This document shows positions 1 to 7,771 of a stretch of DNA of 32,000 nt, in pieces. The notes beneath the pieces are model-generated. The model was given only the letters and a program-made list of their open reading frames with translations. It was not told the DNA's origin and did not search any database. The stretch comes from Formosa sp. Hel1_33_131. GTDB taxonomy: Bacteria; Bacteroidota; Bacteroidia; Flavobacteriales; Flavobacteriaceae. Position numbers and translations under genes: made by a program. Location of the stretch: NCBI RefSeq assembly GCF_001735745.1, contig NZ_CP017260.1, positions 2,700,001-2,732,000 of the forward strand. Reading direction: 5' to 3'. Within the stretch, counting starts at the first letter, position 1. Each line of letters starts with the position of its first letter.

Positions 1-66
1 GGAATAGCTGCTTCGCCTAGTGGAAAAATAATTATTGTTGGAGACGACGGTGTATTATTAAAATAA
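1..66 (+). CDS. 3' terminal fragment of an upstream gene (...GIAASPSGKIIIVGDDGVLLK*); product not assignable
   Basis: Frame 1 is open from base 1 to TAA at 64-66. A hairpin terminator follows at 111-142. Only 21 codons are visible. Confidence 0.35.
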   Translation, partial: GIAASPSGKIIIVGDDGVLLK

Positions 67-110
67 AAACAATTGTTTTTGTCTATTTGAATTATTTAGG
101 TAGTTAAATA

Positions 111-142
111 AAAAGTGAGTCTTGAAAAAGATTCACTTTTTT
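111..142 (+). terminator. Rho-independent terminator, potentially bidirectional
   Basis: AAAAGTGAGTCTT-gaaa-AAGATTCACTTTTTT. The core stem is 9 bp (115-123 pairs with 128-136, one G-U), extended by A/T pairs. It has a 4-nt loop and a T-tract at 137-142, with an A-tract on the other side. Confidence 0.6.
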
Positions 143-282
143 AGTATTTAGCTTGCTGATTTTTAATTCATCGAATTATACTACTCTCCTATCGTCGTTT
201 CGTAAAAAGAGTATTCCATTAAAATAATAATTCCGTGTTTTGGCACAATAATTGTAACTATATCGATTTAAAATAAAATATG

Positions 283-290
283 TAACTTTG
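283..290 (+). promoter_or_regulatory. Bacteroidota-type -7 promoter box (TAACTTTG)
   Basis: Exact match to the TAnnTTTG -7 consensus of Bacteroidota sigma-A promoters, 9 nt upstream of the ATG at 299. Confidence 0.35.
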
Positions 291-298
291 ATAAACGA

Positions 299-387
299 AT
301 GAGCCCCATGAAAAATAACATTCTTACAATAGCCCTTATTACTCTTTTAAGTTTTACAGGAATCGCACAGAACTCAACAGATCTAGT
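299..387 (+). pseudogene. Orphan 5' fragment of a secreted-protein gene (signal peptide only), cut off at the IS boundary
   Basis: ATG at 299 (or 308) encodes [30 protein letters not shown], a typical flavobacterial Sec signal peptide. The frame runs into the IS inverted repeat and stops at 401-403. No continuation exists beyond the IS: deleting the IS in silico gives GTT ATG TAA. Confidence 0.4.
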
Positions 388-1201
388 TGTAAGCTTCCCC
401 TAAAACCGCACTGTTTAAATTTCTACTATTATCAAATTTATTGTTTTTAATTTTAATGGAGCTAGCTCCATTAAAATTAATTTCTGCGTACTTTTTTGGT
501 GCTAATTTTCCTAGTGCATCATGGGGTCTTTTGTGGTTGTAATCATCCATCCAAATTTGTGTTTGCTCTCTAACCTGATCTAAATTTTCAAAAATATATT
601 TATTCAAAACACCTCTTCGATAACTTCCATTGAAGCGTTCTATAAAAGCATTTTGAGTCGGTTTGCCTGGTTGAATATATTTAAACTCTATAGAATGCAT
701 CAGACTCCAGTTGGCTGTTAAATGCGCTATAAATTCTGGTCCATTGTCCATACGAATACGTTTTGGTTTTCCATTTTTGTTAATTAAATGATTCAGCACC
801 CAAATGATGCGATTGCTTGTCAGAGAATAGTCGATCTCAATATGTAAGGCTTCTCTGTTATAGTCGTCAATAATGTTAAAAGCTCTAAAGCGTCTTTTAT
901 TCTCTAAAACATCGGTTACAAAATCCATGCTCCATGTATGATTAAGTACGCTAGGAACTTCTAAAGGCTCTTTAACCCGTGAGGGTAATCGTTTCTTCAC
1001 CTTTCTTCTAAGTGACAAGCCCATGGCTTTATAGACCCTATAAACCCGTTTATGATTCCACGTTTTTCCTTCTGAACGTAATCGGTCAAAGGCTTTCCAA
1101 AAACCTTCCTCTGAGTGGATTACTGCTTTTTCACTTAGTGCTGTCACTATCTCTGAATCATCCTTTGGTAATGGCTTGTAATAATATACACTTTTACTCA
1201 T
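383..1201 (-). CDS. IS3-family transposase OrfB (DDE integrase core), expressed as an OrfAB fusion by -1 frameshifting
   Basis: Carries the DDE triad context: [27 protein letters not shown]. The -1 frame is open from the slippery site at 1282-1288. The predicted fusion junction is ...EIIEKK|[35 protein letters not shown]. The stop codon (383-385) lies 3-5 nt outside the IS end. Confidence 0.9.
   Translation of the reverse strand: MSKSVYYYKPLPKDDSEIVTALSEKAVIHSEEGFWKAFDRLRSEGKTWNHKRVYRVYKAMGLSLRRKVKKRLPSRVKEPLEVPSVLNHTWSMDFVTDVLENKRRFRAFNIIDDYNREALHIEIDYSLTSNRIIWVLNHLINKNGKPKRIRMDNGPEFIAHLTANWSLMHSIEFKYIQPGKPTQNAFIERFNGSYRRGVLNKYIFENLDQVREQTQIWMDDYNHKRPHDALGKLAPKKYAEINFNGASSIKIKNNKFDNSRNLNSAVLGEAYN
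388..419. repeat. IS terminal inverted repeat (right end relative to the transposase)
   Basis: TGTAAGCTTCCCCTAAAACCGCACTGTTTAAA. The reverse complement of 1577-1608 is TGTAAGCTCCCCCTAAAACCGCACTGTTTAAA, one mismatch at position 9. Confidence 0.9.
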
Positions 1202-1275
1202 TTTTAGTACACGGCACGCCCTACTGATACCGTAGTGAGCAAGCTCATTACTTAGGCTTCTTTTAACGCAAGGCT

Positions 1276-1542
1276 TTAGAGCTTTTTTTCTATGATCTCT
1301 TTTGCCATTTGATGATCCAGAGCTAAAGTGGCATACATCTGCTTGAGCTTGCGATTCTCATCCTCTAGCTGCTTGAGGCGTTTTAACTCCTTAGCGTTCA
1401 TTCCTGCATACTTGGAACGCCATTTGTAAAAACTGGCAGAACTAACCCCATACTCTCGAGTGATTTCTACAACGGTTTTACCTGTGTCAAACTCTTTTAA
1501 AATCGTAGCGATTTGCGTTGGACTAAATTTACTTCTTCTCAT
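1276..1542 (-). CDS. IS3-family transposase OrfA (HTH DNA-binding plus coiled-coil)
   Basis: 88 aa. [17 protein letters not shown]...[14 protein letters not shown] is the IS3/IS911 OrfA helix-turn-helix, followed by the L-x6-L heptad [16 protein letters not shown]. It ends ...EIIEKKL* across the slippery site. Confidence 0.9.
   Translation of the reverse strand: MRRSKFSPTQIATILKEFDTGKTVVEITREYGVSSASFYKWRSKYAGMNAKELKRLKQLEDENRKLKQMYATLALDHQMAKEIIEKKL
1282..1288 (-). promoter_or_regulatory. Programmed -1 ribosomal frameshift heptamer A_AAA_AAG
   Basis: The minus strand reads GAA AAA AAG CTC TAA in the orfA frame. The orfB frame is offset by -1, confirmed by coordinate arithmetic. An imperfect hairpin (1232-1251, GTAATGAG-cttg-CTCACTAC on the minus strand) lies about 30 nt downstream. 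Confidence 0.8.
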
Positions 1543-1576
1543 TTTTTCTGTTTAAAGTTAATATTTTTTTTATACT

Positions 1577-1608
1577 TTTAAACAGTGCGGTTTTAGGGGG
1601 AGCTTACA
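1577..1608. repeat. IS terminal inverted repeat (left end, upstream of orfA)
   Basis: TTTAAACAGTGCGGTTTTAGGGGGAGCTTACA pairs with 388-419 at 31/32 positions. Confidence 0.9.
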
Positions 1609-1810
1609 TATGTAACGTTGAATAACAATATATTTAAGTCTGTAACAAATAGTATATTTGTTTAGTAGATTGTTTTTGGAAGGACTTATTTTGATTGTTT
1701 TAGGTATTGTAATTCAAATGCTGAAAATCATTTTATTTGTGTAAAAAAATTAAACGCATCCAAACTATTTACAACAACATTTTAAAAATCGGATTTTTAA
1801 TAATTAAATC

Positions 1811-2296
1811 ATGAAAAATTTATTAATATTCACATTTTCAATAACTCTTTACAGCTGTGACTTTCAAACAAAACCTGAAGCCATTGAAGGGGAAGTAAAC
1901 ACTTTAGAAATTAAAACTCCCAATCTTGAAGATGACAAAACGGCAATCCTAAAAGTAATGAAAGACCAAGAGATTGCTTGGAGTCAAAATGATTTGGAAG
2001 GATTTATGAAAGGGTATATTAAGAGTGATTCTTTAAAATTCTTCGGAAATAGTGGACTGACGAAAGGCTGGCAGCAAACACTTGATAACTATAAAAAAGG
2101 CTATCCCACCAAAGATCATAGCGGCACACTAAACTTTGAAATCATAGATATATCCCCTATTGAAAACCAAAGTTACTGGGTCATGGGCAAGTACTTTCTA
2201 AGTCGTAAAGTCGGGGATGCAAATGGAGTTTTCTTGATTGTATTTAAAAAAATAAATAACGAATGGAAAATTGTTGCAGATATGAGTTGTGGGTAA
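1811..2296 (+). CDS. Lipoprotein of the NTF2-like / SnoaL / DUF4440 superfamily
   Basis: Lipobox signal MKNLLIFTFSITLYSC. The body (ILKVMKDQEIAWSQNDLEGFMKGY...NEWKIVADM) resembles DUF4440/YybH-type NTF2 folds. Confidence 0.55.
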   Translation: MKNLLIFTFSITLYSCDFQTKPEAIEGEVNTLEIKTPNLEDDKTAILKVMKDQEIAWSQNDLEGFMKGYIKSDSLKFFGNSGLTKGWQQTLDNYKKGYPTKDHSGTLNFEIIDISPIENQSYWVMGKYFLSRKVGDANGVFLIVFKKINNEWKIVADMSCG

Positions 2297-2364
2297 ACTG
2301 ACGCGTACAAAATTTTAATTACCAGATAAAATAAGGAAAACGCTGCACTATTTGTACAGAACTA

Positions 2365-3633
2365 TTAAATAGCTGAAATAGATTCAATCACGCCCAATGC
2401 TGCCCTTTCGCCAGAAATCATGGCGGCATTTAAGGACGCATTTAATTGCGTATCTCCAGCTAAAAAAAGTCCGTTTGTTAAACGCGTCTCAGAGGGCATC
2501 ATTTCATATTTCAAATCTTTTAACTTTGGCAGTGCCATCGGGATACTGTACAATTTAATGAAATTCATTGTTGTAATCCCACACAACTCTTTTAGCTCTG
2601 TTTGAACCGCTTCGATAAGGGCTTTGCTAGAAAGGTCTTGATCATCTATGACGGTCACTGACAACAGTTCATTCTTGGGTCTTATAGCACATTCTAAACT
2701 ACTGTTGTAAAAGATGTTATTTATAAAGGTTCCCGATTTAGGAATGAGCCCAATTAACTTTTTATCAATACCTCGTGTTTCCGTTTCAAAATACAAGGTC
2801 GTGCAGGATTTCCACTCTGTAGATTGATTTTTTAAATTAGGAATTAAACCACTCGCCTCAGTGGCAACAATTGTATAATCACTTTCTAATTTTGTATCAT
2901 CATCAAGCGTAATCTTTCCATCTTTCAACGCTGTTACTTTCGTGTTATATTTAAAAGTTGTACTCTTTAAATTGTTTAATAATTGTTTTGGAATCGCCTC
3001 AATACCCGCTTTTGGAACCGTTGCATCGCCTTCACCAAACATCTTATATACAAATTCAAACATTCTACTCGATGTTTCAAGTTGTGTTTCAAGAAAAATA
3101 CCGCTAAAAAAAGGTGTAAAAAAATCAGTGATGATATCCTTTGAAAAACCAAAATTTATCAAATAGTCTAAGGTCGATTGTTCTTTTTCAGAAAATATGT
3201 CAGACATCTTTTTGTTCTTTAACTTTTGGTTCAGTTTTAGAATTTTAAGTTTATCAGAAAAATTCCCGATTCCAGATAGAAGTGTTGGAAATAGTAACGA
3301 AAGATTTCTTAAAGGATCGCCTATTATTTTTTGGGCATTTGCCTTAAAAATAGAAGCGCCTGGTAAAAATTTCTGCAATTCTAAAGCCTCATAATCTAAA
3401 TGTTTTTGAACTGCTGGATAGGCTGTGAGCAACACTTGAAACCCATGGTCCAATTGATACCCATTTACAACATCTGTTTTAACACGACCTCCTACCCGAT
3501 CTGTTGATTCTATAATCACAGGATGGTAGCCATGATTTTCTAAAACTCTGGCAGCGATGAGTCCGCTTATGCCAGCTCCAATAATATGTATTTTATAATC
3601 TTTTTTGTGCATCATTTTTTTATCATCTGGCAT
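2365..3633 (-). CDS. FAD/NAD(P)-dependent oxidoreductase (amine-oxidase / phytoene-desaturase-like)
   Basis: N-terminal Rossmann motif [37 protein letters not shown] and C-terminal LFLAGD FAD motif. It overlaps the upstream gene by 11 nt. The alternative ATGs at 3615/3612 would remove the overlap. Confidence 0.8.
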   Translation of the reverse strand: MPDDKKMMHKKDYKIHIIGAGISGLIAARVLENHGYHPVIIESTDRVGGRVKTDVVNGYQLDHGFQVLLTAYPAVQKHLDYEALELQKFLPGASIFKANAQKIIGDPLRNLSLLFPTLLSGIGNFSDKLKILKLNQKLKNKKMSDIFSEKEQSTLDYLINFGFSKDIITDFFTPFFSGIFLETQLETSSRMFEFVYKMFGEGDATVPKAGIEAIPKQLLNNLKSTTFKYNTKVTALKDGKITLDDDTKLESDYTIVATEASGLIPNLKNQSTEWKSCTTLYFETETRGIDKKLIGLIPKSGTFINNIFYNSSLECAIRPKNELLSVTVIDDQDLSSKALIEAVQTELKELCGITTMNFIKLYSIPMALPKLKDLKYEMMPSETRLTNGLFLAGDTQLNASLNAAMISGERAALGVIESISAI

Positions 3634-5080
3634 TTACATGTGTTTGTAAAAGGCGTTTCATTTCCCCCTGCACAGCGGGATGCTTTTTATGTCCCCATAT
3701 TTTATCTCTTGCCAGCCGTGCACTCTCTTGCAAATCCACAATTGGAAGTGGATAATCCTCTCCAATGCTAACCCCACAAAACGTCTGCTCCATAGCGGAC
3801 ATATTCCAAGGTTCGTGAATGTATGCTACAGGAACATTACTCAATTCTGGAATCCATTTTTTGATAAAGGCACCTTCGGGGTCGTGCTCCTGAGAATTTT
3901 TCACAGGATTGTATAAACGTACCGTATTAATTCCCGTAGTGCCAGCTTGCATCTGAAACTGTGGATAGTGAATGCCCGGTTCATAATCTAAAAACTGTCG
4001 GGCCAAATGGTAAGTGCCATCTCGCCAATCTTGATCTAGATTCAACGTTAAAAAAGACACCACCATGGCACGCATCCTAAAATTAATCCAACCCGTATTT
4101 TCAACAGCACGCATACACGCATCGATTAATGGATACCCTGTGCTGCCCGTTTTCCAAGCTTTGATAAACGCTTCATTCTTCTGGTGTTCTAAAAGCTCAT
4201 ACCCTTTGTTAATACACTCCGTTTCATAACGGCACTCCACTTCAAATTTCTGAATAAAATGACAATGCCAATGAAGTCTGGTAAGCATCGCCGAAAAAGC
4301 CTTGCTGTTTCTGGTGCCGTTAGGATGCGTGCCAATAAAGTGAAACGCTTGTTTGATACTCATATTCCCCCAAGCGAAGTAAGGGGATAAGCGACTGCAA
4401 GACATCCTGCTTTCGGTTGGTTTTGAGATGTGTTTCTGATAATTAAACCCGCGTTGGTTGGTAAAGGACTTTATATACCGCCATGCATTTTGTTCCCCTG
4501 CTGGTTGGTACTGTTTCGGATAGTCTTTTAATTGAGTCTCTAATTTTTCAGGCAGTAAAAAGGAATGTTCTAAAGGCTCTTCTTTAGATACAGAATAGCT
4601 GTTTTGAAGTACCAGTTTGTGCATTGTAATGTGCCACTGCTTGTTCCAATCTTCTCTATTTTTAATACCTCTTAGAATACCATCCCGTTGCGACTCTTGC
4701 CAATCAATTTGATGTTGCTTACAGAAAATGGTGATTTGTTTGTCACGTTGCCAAGTCCCTTGAGTGCCACTTTCGCGATAGCTAAAAATGTTGTTTATAT
4801 CAAAGCTTTCTTCAAGTTGTTCAAATACGTCGATGGCTTCTCCATAAAACACCTCTACACTCCTATTGAAAGGCGCCAGCGTTTTATTTAAGGCTGCAAT
4901 AGAATGGTACACAAACTGCAAATGCCGTGGGCTTGTATCTGGATATTCAATTCTAGAAGGCTCAAATACATAGATGATTCGATATGGAATACCAGCACGC
5001 TCAGCCTTTAATAAAGGTTCGTGATCTTGCGATCGAAGGTCCCGTTTTAACCAAACAATATTTACAGTCTGTTTTTTCAA
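3623..5080 (-). CDS. Cryptochrome/photolyase family protein with canonical domain order
   Basis: N-terminal alpha/beta domain ([16 protein letters not shown]). FAD-binding domain motifs [59 protein letters not shown] and [26 protein letters not shown]. Subclass not determinable by eye. Confidence 0.85.
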   Translation of the reverse strand: MKKQTVNIVWLKRDLRSQDHEPLLKAERAGIPYRIIYVFEPSRIEYPDTSPRHLQFVYHSIAALNKTLAPFNRSVEVFYGEAIDVFEQLEESFDINNIFSYRESGTQGTWQRDKQITIFCKQHQIDWQESQRDGILRGIKNREDWNKQWHITMHKLVLQNSYSVSKEEPLEHSFLLPEKLETQLKDYPKQYQPAGEQNAWRYIKSFTNQRGFNYQKHISKPTESRMSCSRLSPYFAWGNMSIKQAFHFIGTHPNGTRNSKAFSAMLTRLHWHCHFIQKFEVECRYETECINKGYELLEHQKNEAFIKAWKTGSTGYPLIDACMRAVENTGWINFRMRAMVVSFLTLNLDQDWRDGTYHLARQFLDYEPGIHYPQFQMQAGTTGINTVRLYNPVKNSQEHDPEGAFIKKWIPELSNVPVAYIHEPWNMSAMEQTFCGVSIGEDYPLPIVDLQESARLARDKIWGHKKHPAVQGEMKRLLQTHVNAR

Positions 5081-6195
5081 TATGTAAGCTGTTTTTTACA
5101 TTTTTTCCAAAATGAAAAGAAGGACGGGAAATAGCCCTGAACCTCAAACATCCAATCTCTCGATTCTTCAATGCCATGGTAATGCTGGCTTAACGGATGT
5201 TCTTTAAAATAGATATTTGTAAGCTTATAATCTGTAACTAGATCCTTAAATTCTCCTACATAAACTTGAATCGTATCTATATTTTCTTTTGAGATGTTTA
5301 GAATAAAATCAATTGTTTTTTGAGAGACGGGATAGGCCTCAAAATGAGAGGGCTCTAATAGTAATATCCTATTGACTGAAATATCTTTTTTCCAAAGGGG
5401 ATCTAAGTTATAGAAATTATAGATGCAGGTTGGAAGTGTACCATCAATCAATAAAGTAGTTTGTTTTGGCAACGGAGTTTTCAACTCAATATCAGGAGTA
5501 TCTTTTAAAATCTCAGGGATTTTCATCGAAGCAAATGCTTCATAAGGTACATCTAAAAAGGTGTTTTTTTGGGCTGTAAAACAGTACTTATTAATATTCT
5601 CTTGATTGGCTACATACTTTTTGTTGGCATTCGCCCCAGAAACCCACTGCCAACTTAAGGCATTACTCGCCCAGTCGGCATCCAATAAATGGTAATACAT
5701 CCACTGTGCTGGAACTTTCCAATGACTTTGGCCCATATTACACGCCACAGCAGCAGTGTACATTCTCAAATGATTGTGCATATAGCCTGTTTTGTAAAGT
5801 GCTTCAATAGCATCGTCTAGCGCCTCAACACCCGTTAGGGAGTCTACAATAGATTTTGAAATTGAATTGTTAGAAACGGGGGTTTGAGGGTGTTTTAAAT
5901 CTTGATTGATGGCATCGCTTTTTGCAATCCAAACCTGTTGCCAATAATCTCTCCATGCCAATTCTTGAATAAATTTTTCAATTTGTGCCGGTTTATACCC
6001 TTTTTTTAAAACTTCAGATAGTATAAATTTAGTTGAAATAATCCCCCTTGAGATGTAGGGAGATAAGTGCGTGATCGCCCCATTTATATAGTTTCGAGTT
6101 GAACTGTATTTAACAGGATCAATAGCGCGAACACGCTGAAGGATTTCATCGTAAGCTAAGGGAAACATCGTATTTTCTTGGTTAAATAATTCCAT
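5077..6195 (-). CDS. Photolyase/cryptochrome homologue with apparently swapped domain order (FAD helical domain first, alpha/beta domain last)
   Basis: Residues ~40-190 carry the FAD-domain motifs [41 protein letters not shown] and [19 protein letters not shown]. Residues ~250-372 resemble the photolyase N-terminal alpha/beta domain and end in the F-x-x-F-W-K linker motif ([10 protein letters not shown]). ATGA overlap with the next gene. Confidence 0.75.
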   Translation of the reverse strand: MELFNQENTMFPLAYDEILQRVRAIDPVKYSSTRNYINGAITHLSPYISRGIISTKFILSEVLKKGYKPAQIEKFIQELAWRDYWQQVWIAKSDAINQDLKHPQTPVSNNSISKSIVDSLTGVEALDDAIEALYKTGYMHNHLRMYTAAVACNMGQSHWKVPAQWMYYHLLDADWASNALSWQWVSGANANKKYVANQENINKYCFTAQKNTFLDVPYEAFASMKIPEILKDTPDIELKTPLPKQTTLLIDGTLPTCIYNFYNLDPLWKKDISVNRILLLEPSHFEAYPVSQKTIDFILNISKENIDTIQVYVGEFKDLVTDYKLTNIYFKEHPLSQHYHGIEESRDWMFEVQGYFPSFFSFWKKCKKQLTY

Positions 6196-6403
6196 GTATT
6201 GTGTGCTTATTTATTATTTTGAAACTATTTGATAAAGATATAATATGTTTAACTATTATGCAGTATTGTCAAACGAGAATAATTCATATTATTAGGCAAT
6301 TAATTAAGCCTTCTCCTAAACTATTGGATTTGTTACTTTCGGACGCGCGCCCTCCTATTAAAAATTGAAATTCAACTTTTCAGTTTATTAAGTTTACACA
6401 GCG

Positions 6404-6411
6404 TATATTTG
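6404..6411 (+). promoter_or_regulatory. Bacteroidota -7 promoter box (TATATTTG)
   Basis: Exact TAnnTTTG match 48 nt upstream of the ATG at 6460. Confidence 0.4.
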
Positions 6412-6459
6412 TCCAAATATTTACGAATACATCTTTAACCAGTGATCTCTTAAATTTCT

Positions 6460-7071
6460 ATGCCTTTTAAAAAATTACATTCTGATATTCGAGAGAAATT
6501 AGAATCTCTAAACATACAAACGCCAACGCCATTTCAGAGCAGCAGCATTCCCATTATTAAAAGTGGTGTGAATGTATATTGCACCGCTCCTAAAGACAGT
6601 GGTAAAACAACCACCCTTGTATTGACTACCTTACAAAAGTTAAAATGTGAGGCTGACGGAAATGCGCCTAGAGCCGTTGTTCTTGTAGAAAACAAGGAAC
6701 GGGCGATGGAATTATACGAAACGTTTTTAGCCTATACAAAATACAATTCTTTACGCGTTTATGTAGGGCATGAACAGCTGCATATAGACATTCAGAAATC
6801 GGAAATATTTGAGGGTACAGACATTCTTATTTCTACTCCCAAAACAATGAATAAGTTGTTCTTATTAAATGGTGTCAGCACTGCACAATTAAAAATAATC
6901 AGTATTGATGATGCGGAATTTCTTTCGCAACACTCCTCCTATTCGGCGATTATGTCGATTTCTCAGAGTATCCAAAAATGTCAATATGTCATTTACTCAG
7001 AAAAAATGACTAAAATGCTTGAGCGTTTTGAATCTTATTTTATGGAACGTTCAAAAATCGTTTCTTTTTAG
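6460..7071 (+). CDS. Stand-alone DEAD-box helicase domain-1-like protein with degenerate motifs
   Basis: 203 aa. It has a Q-motif-like TPFQ, Walker A APKDSGKT, a PTRELA-position KERAMEL, STPKT for TPGR and DDAE for DEAD. No RecA domain 2 is present. Confidence 0.65.
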   Translation: MPFKKLHSDIREKLESLNIQTPTPFQSSSIPIIKSGVNVYCTAPKDSGKTTTLVLTTLQKLKCEADGNAPRAVVLVENKERAMELYETFLAYTKYNSLRVYVGHEQLHIDIQKSEIFEGTDILISTPKTMNKLFLLNGVSTAQLKIISIDDAEFLSQHSSYSAIMSISQSIQKCQYVIYSEKMTKMLERFESYFMERSKIVSF

Positions 7072-7101
7072 AAATTACCATTTAACATTCACGACGTCAC
7101 T

Positions 7102-7737
7102 ATGATACCTAAATTACATTATATTTCACAGGGGAATTCGCCCAAAGCACATCTGGATCACATTCAAAATGCCTGTGCAGCAGGTGCGGAATTAGTCGTG
7201 TTAAACCTTCAAAACAGTTCTGAAAAGAAGTATTTAAAAATAGTGAAACAGGCAAGAGAGATCACGTCTCATTTTCAAACACGTTTAATTATTAGCGCAC
7301 ATTATAAAATAGCTAAAGAACTAAAAGTAGATGGCATCCATTTAGATTTTACATCGCCCTGCCCTACTATTATTCGAAAAGAGTTACTCCCTTGGCAACT
7401 GATTGGAGCGACCGCAAACAACTTGCAAGATTGTGAGACTTACATCGAAAAGGAAGTCGATTATATATACTTAGCACCATTTAGAGCAAAGGAAGACATT
7501 CAAGGAACTCCATTAGGCTTGAACGGTTTTACCGCAATTACAGAAGCCTTAAAAACCGAAACGCCTATTATTGGCGTTGGAGGGATCACTACAACTGATG
7601 TTACAGCCATCTTAGAAACCGGAATTTCTGGAGTTGGGGTTTCTGATGAAATCACACAAGATTTTAATACCATAAAAACATTTAACCAACTATTGACGGC
7701 TTCTTCAACAGAAGAACAACGCCATTCGTTTCAATAA
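7102..7737 (+). CDS. thiE: Thiamine-phosphate synthase family protein (ThiE/TenI-like TIM barrel)
   Basis: KLHYISQG...AGAELVVLNL...GIHLD...IGATANN...YIYLAPF...IIGVGGIT...GISGVGVS matches the ThiE/TenI pattern. No thiamine-pathway genes neighbour it. Confidence 0.6.
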   Translation: MIPKLHYISQGNSPKAHLDHIQNACAAGAELVVLNLQNSSEKKYLKIVKQAREITSHFQTRLIISAHYKIAKELKVDGIHLDFTSPCPTIIRKELLPWQLIGATANNLQDCETYIEKEVDYIYLAPFRAKEDIQGTPLGLNGFTAITEALKTETPIIGVGGITTTDVTAILETGISGVGVSDEITQDFNTIKTFNQLLTASSTEEQRHSFQ

Positions 7738-7771
7738 ATGACTGTAGGAGTTGTTAGGTTAAATTAAGTTA

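Larger units (their letters stand above)
388..1608 (-). mobile_element. IS3-family insertion sequence, apparently intact (1221 bp)
   Basis: TG...CA termini. The 32-bp terminal inverted repeats match at 31/32 positions. It has orfA (HTH/leucine zipper) and orfB (DDE rve integrase core) in the 0/-1 frame arrangement with an A_AAA_AAG slippery heptamer. Confidence 0.92.

Noticed and set aside
65-80. Perfect 16-bp palindrome AAAAACAATTGTTTTT overlapping the stop codon of the partial gene
   Set aside because: It is A/T-dominated with no loop, so it cannot form a stable hairpin. A much better terminator lies at 111-142. It is probably chance in AT-rich DNA, though a symmetric protein-binding site cannot be excluded.
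1012-1227. 71-aa plus-strand ORF inside the IS
   Set aside because: It lies entirely antisense to transposase orfB. It has low-complexity composition and no motifs. It is a shadow ORF of the well-supported minus-strand gene.
278-1631. Similarity between ATATGTAACTTTGATAAAC (278-296) and ATATGTAACGTTGAATAAC (1608-1626), considered as a target duplication or recombination scar
   Set aside because: The left copy lies ~90 bp away from the IS end, so it cannot be a target-site duplication. The match is imperfect and consists largely of promoter-like AT-rich sequence. Chance similarity is the likeliest explanation.
2297-2364. GTACAAA ... TTTGTAC inverted repeat between the convergent genes at 2296 and 2365
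   Set aside because: The stem is only 7 bp with a ~40-nt loop and no T-tract, so it is not a convincing terminator.
2420-3916. Plus-strand ORFs 2420-2605, 2942-3166, 3197-3394, 3586-3771 and 3680-3916
   Set aside because: All are antisense to the oxidoreductase and cryptochrome genes, which have clear motifs. They are short, with Phe/Leu/Ile-rich nonsense composition typical of shadow frames in AT-rich DNA.
4688-4891. 67-aa plus-strand ORF
   Set aside because: Antisense to the cryptochrome/photolyase CDS, with no recognisable features.
6340-6355. GC-rich patch CGGACGCGCGCCCTCC in the AT-rich divergent intergenic region, containing the same CGGAC pentamer as the MTase-upstream repeats
   Set aside because: It is a single copy with no phasing or partner repeat, and a 5-mer match is not significant. 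I could not tie it to a promoter or a structure.
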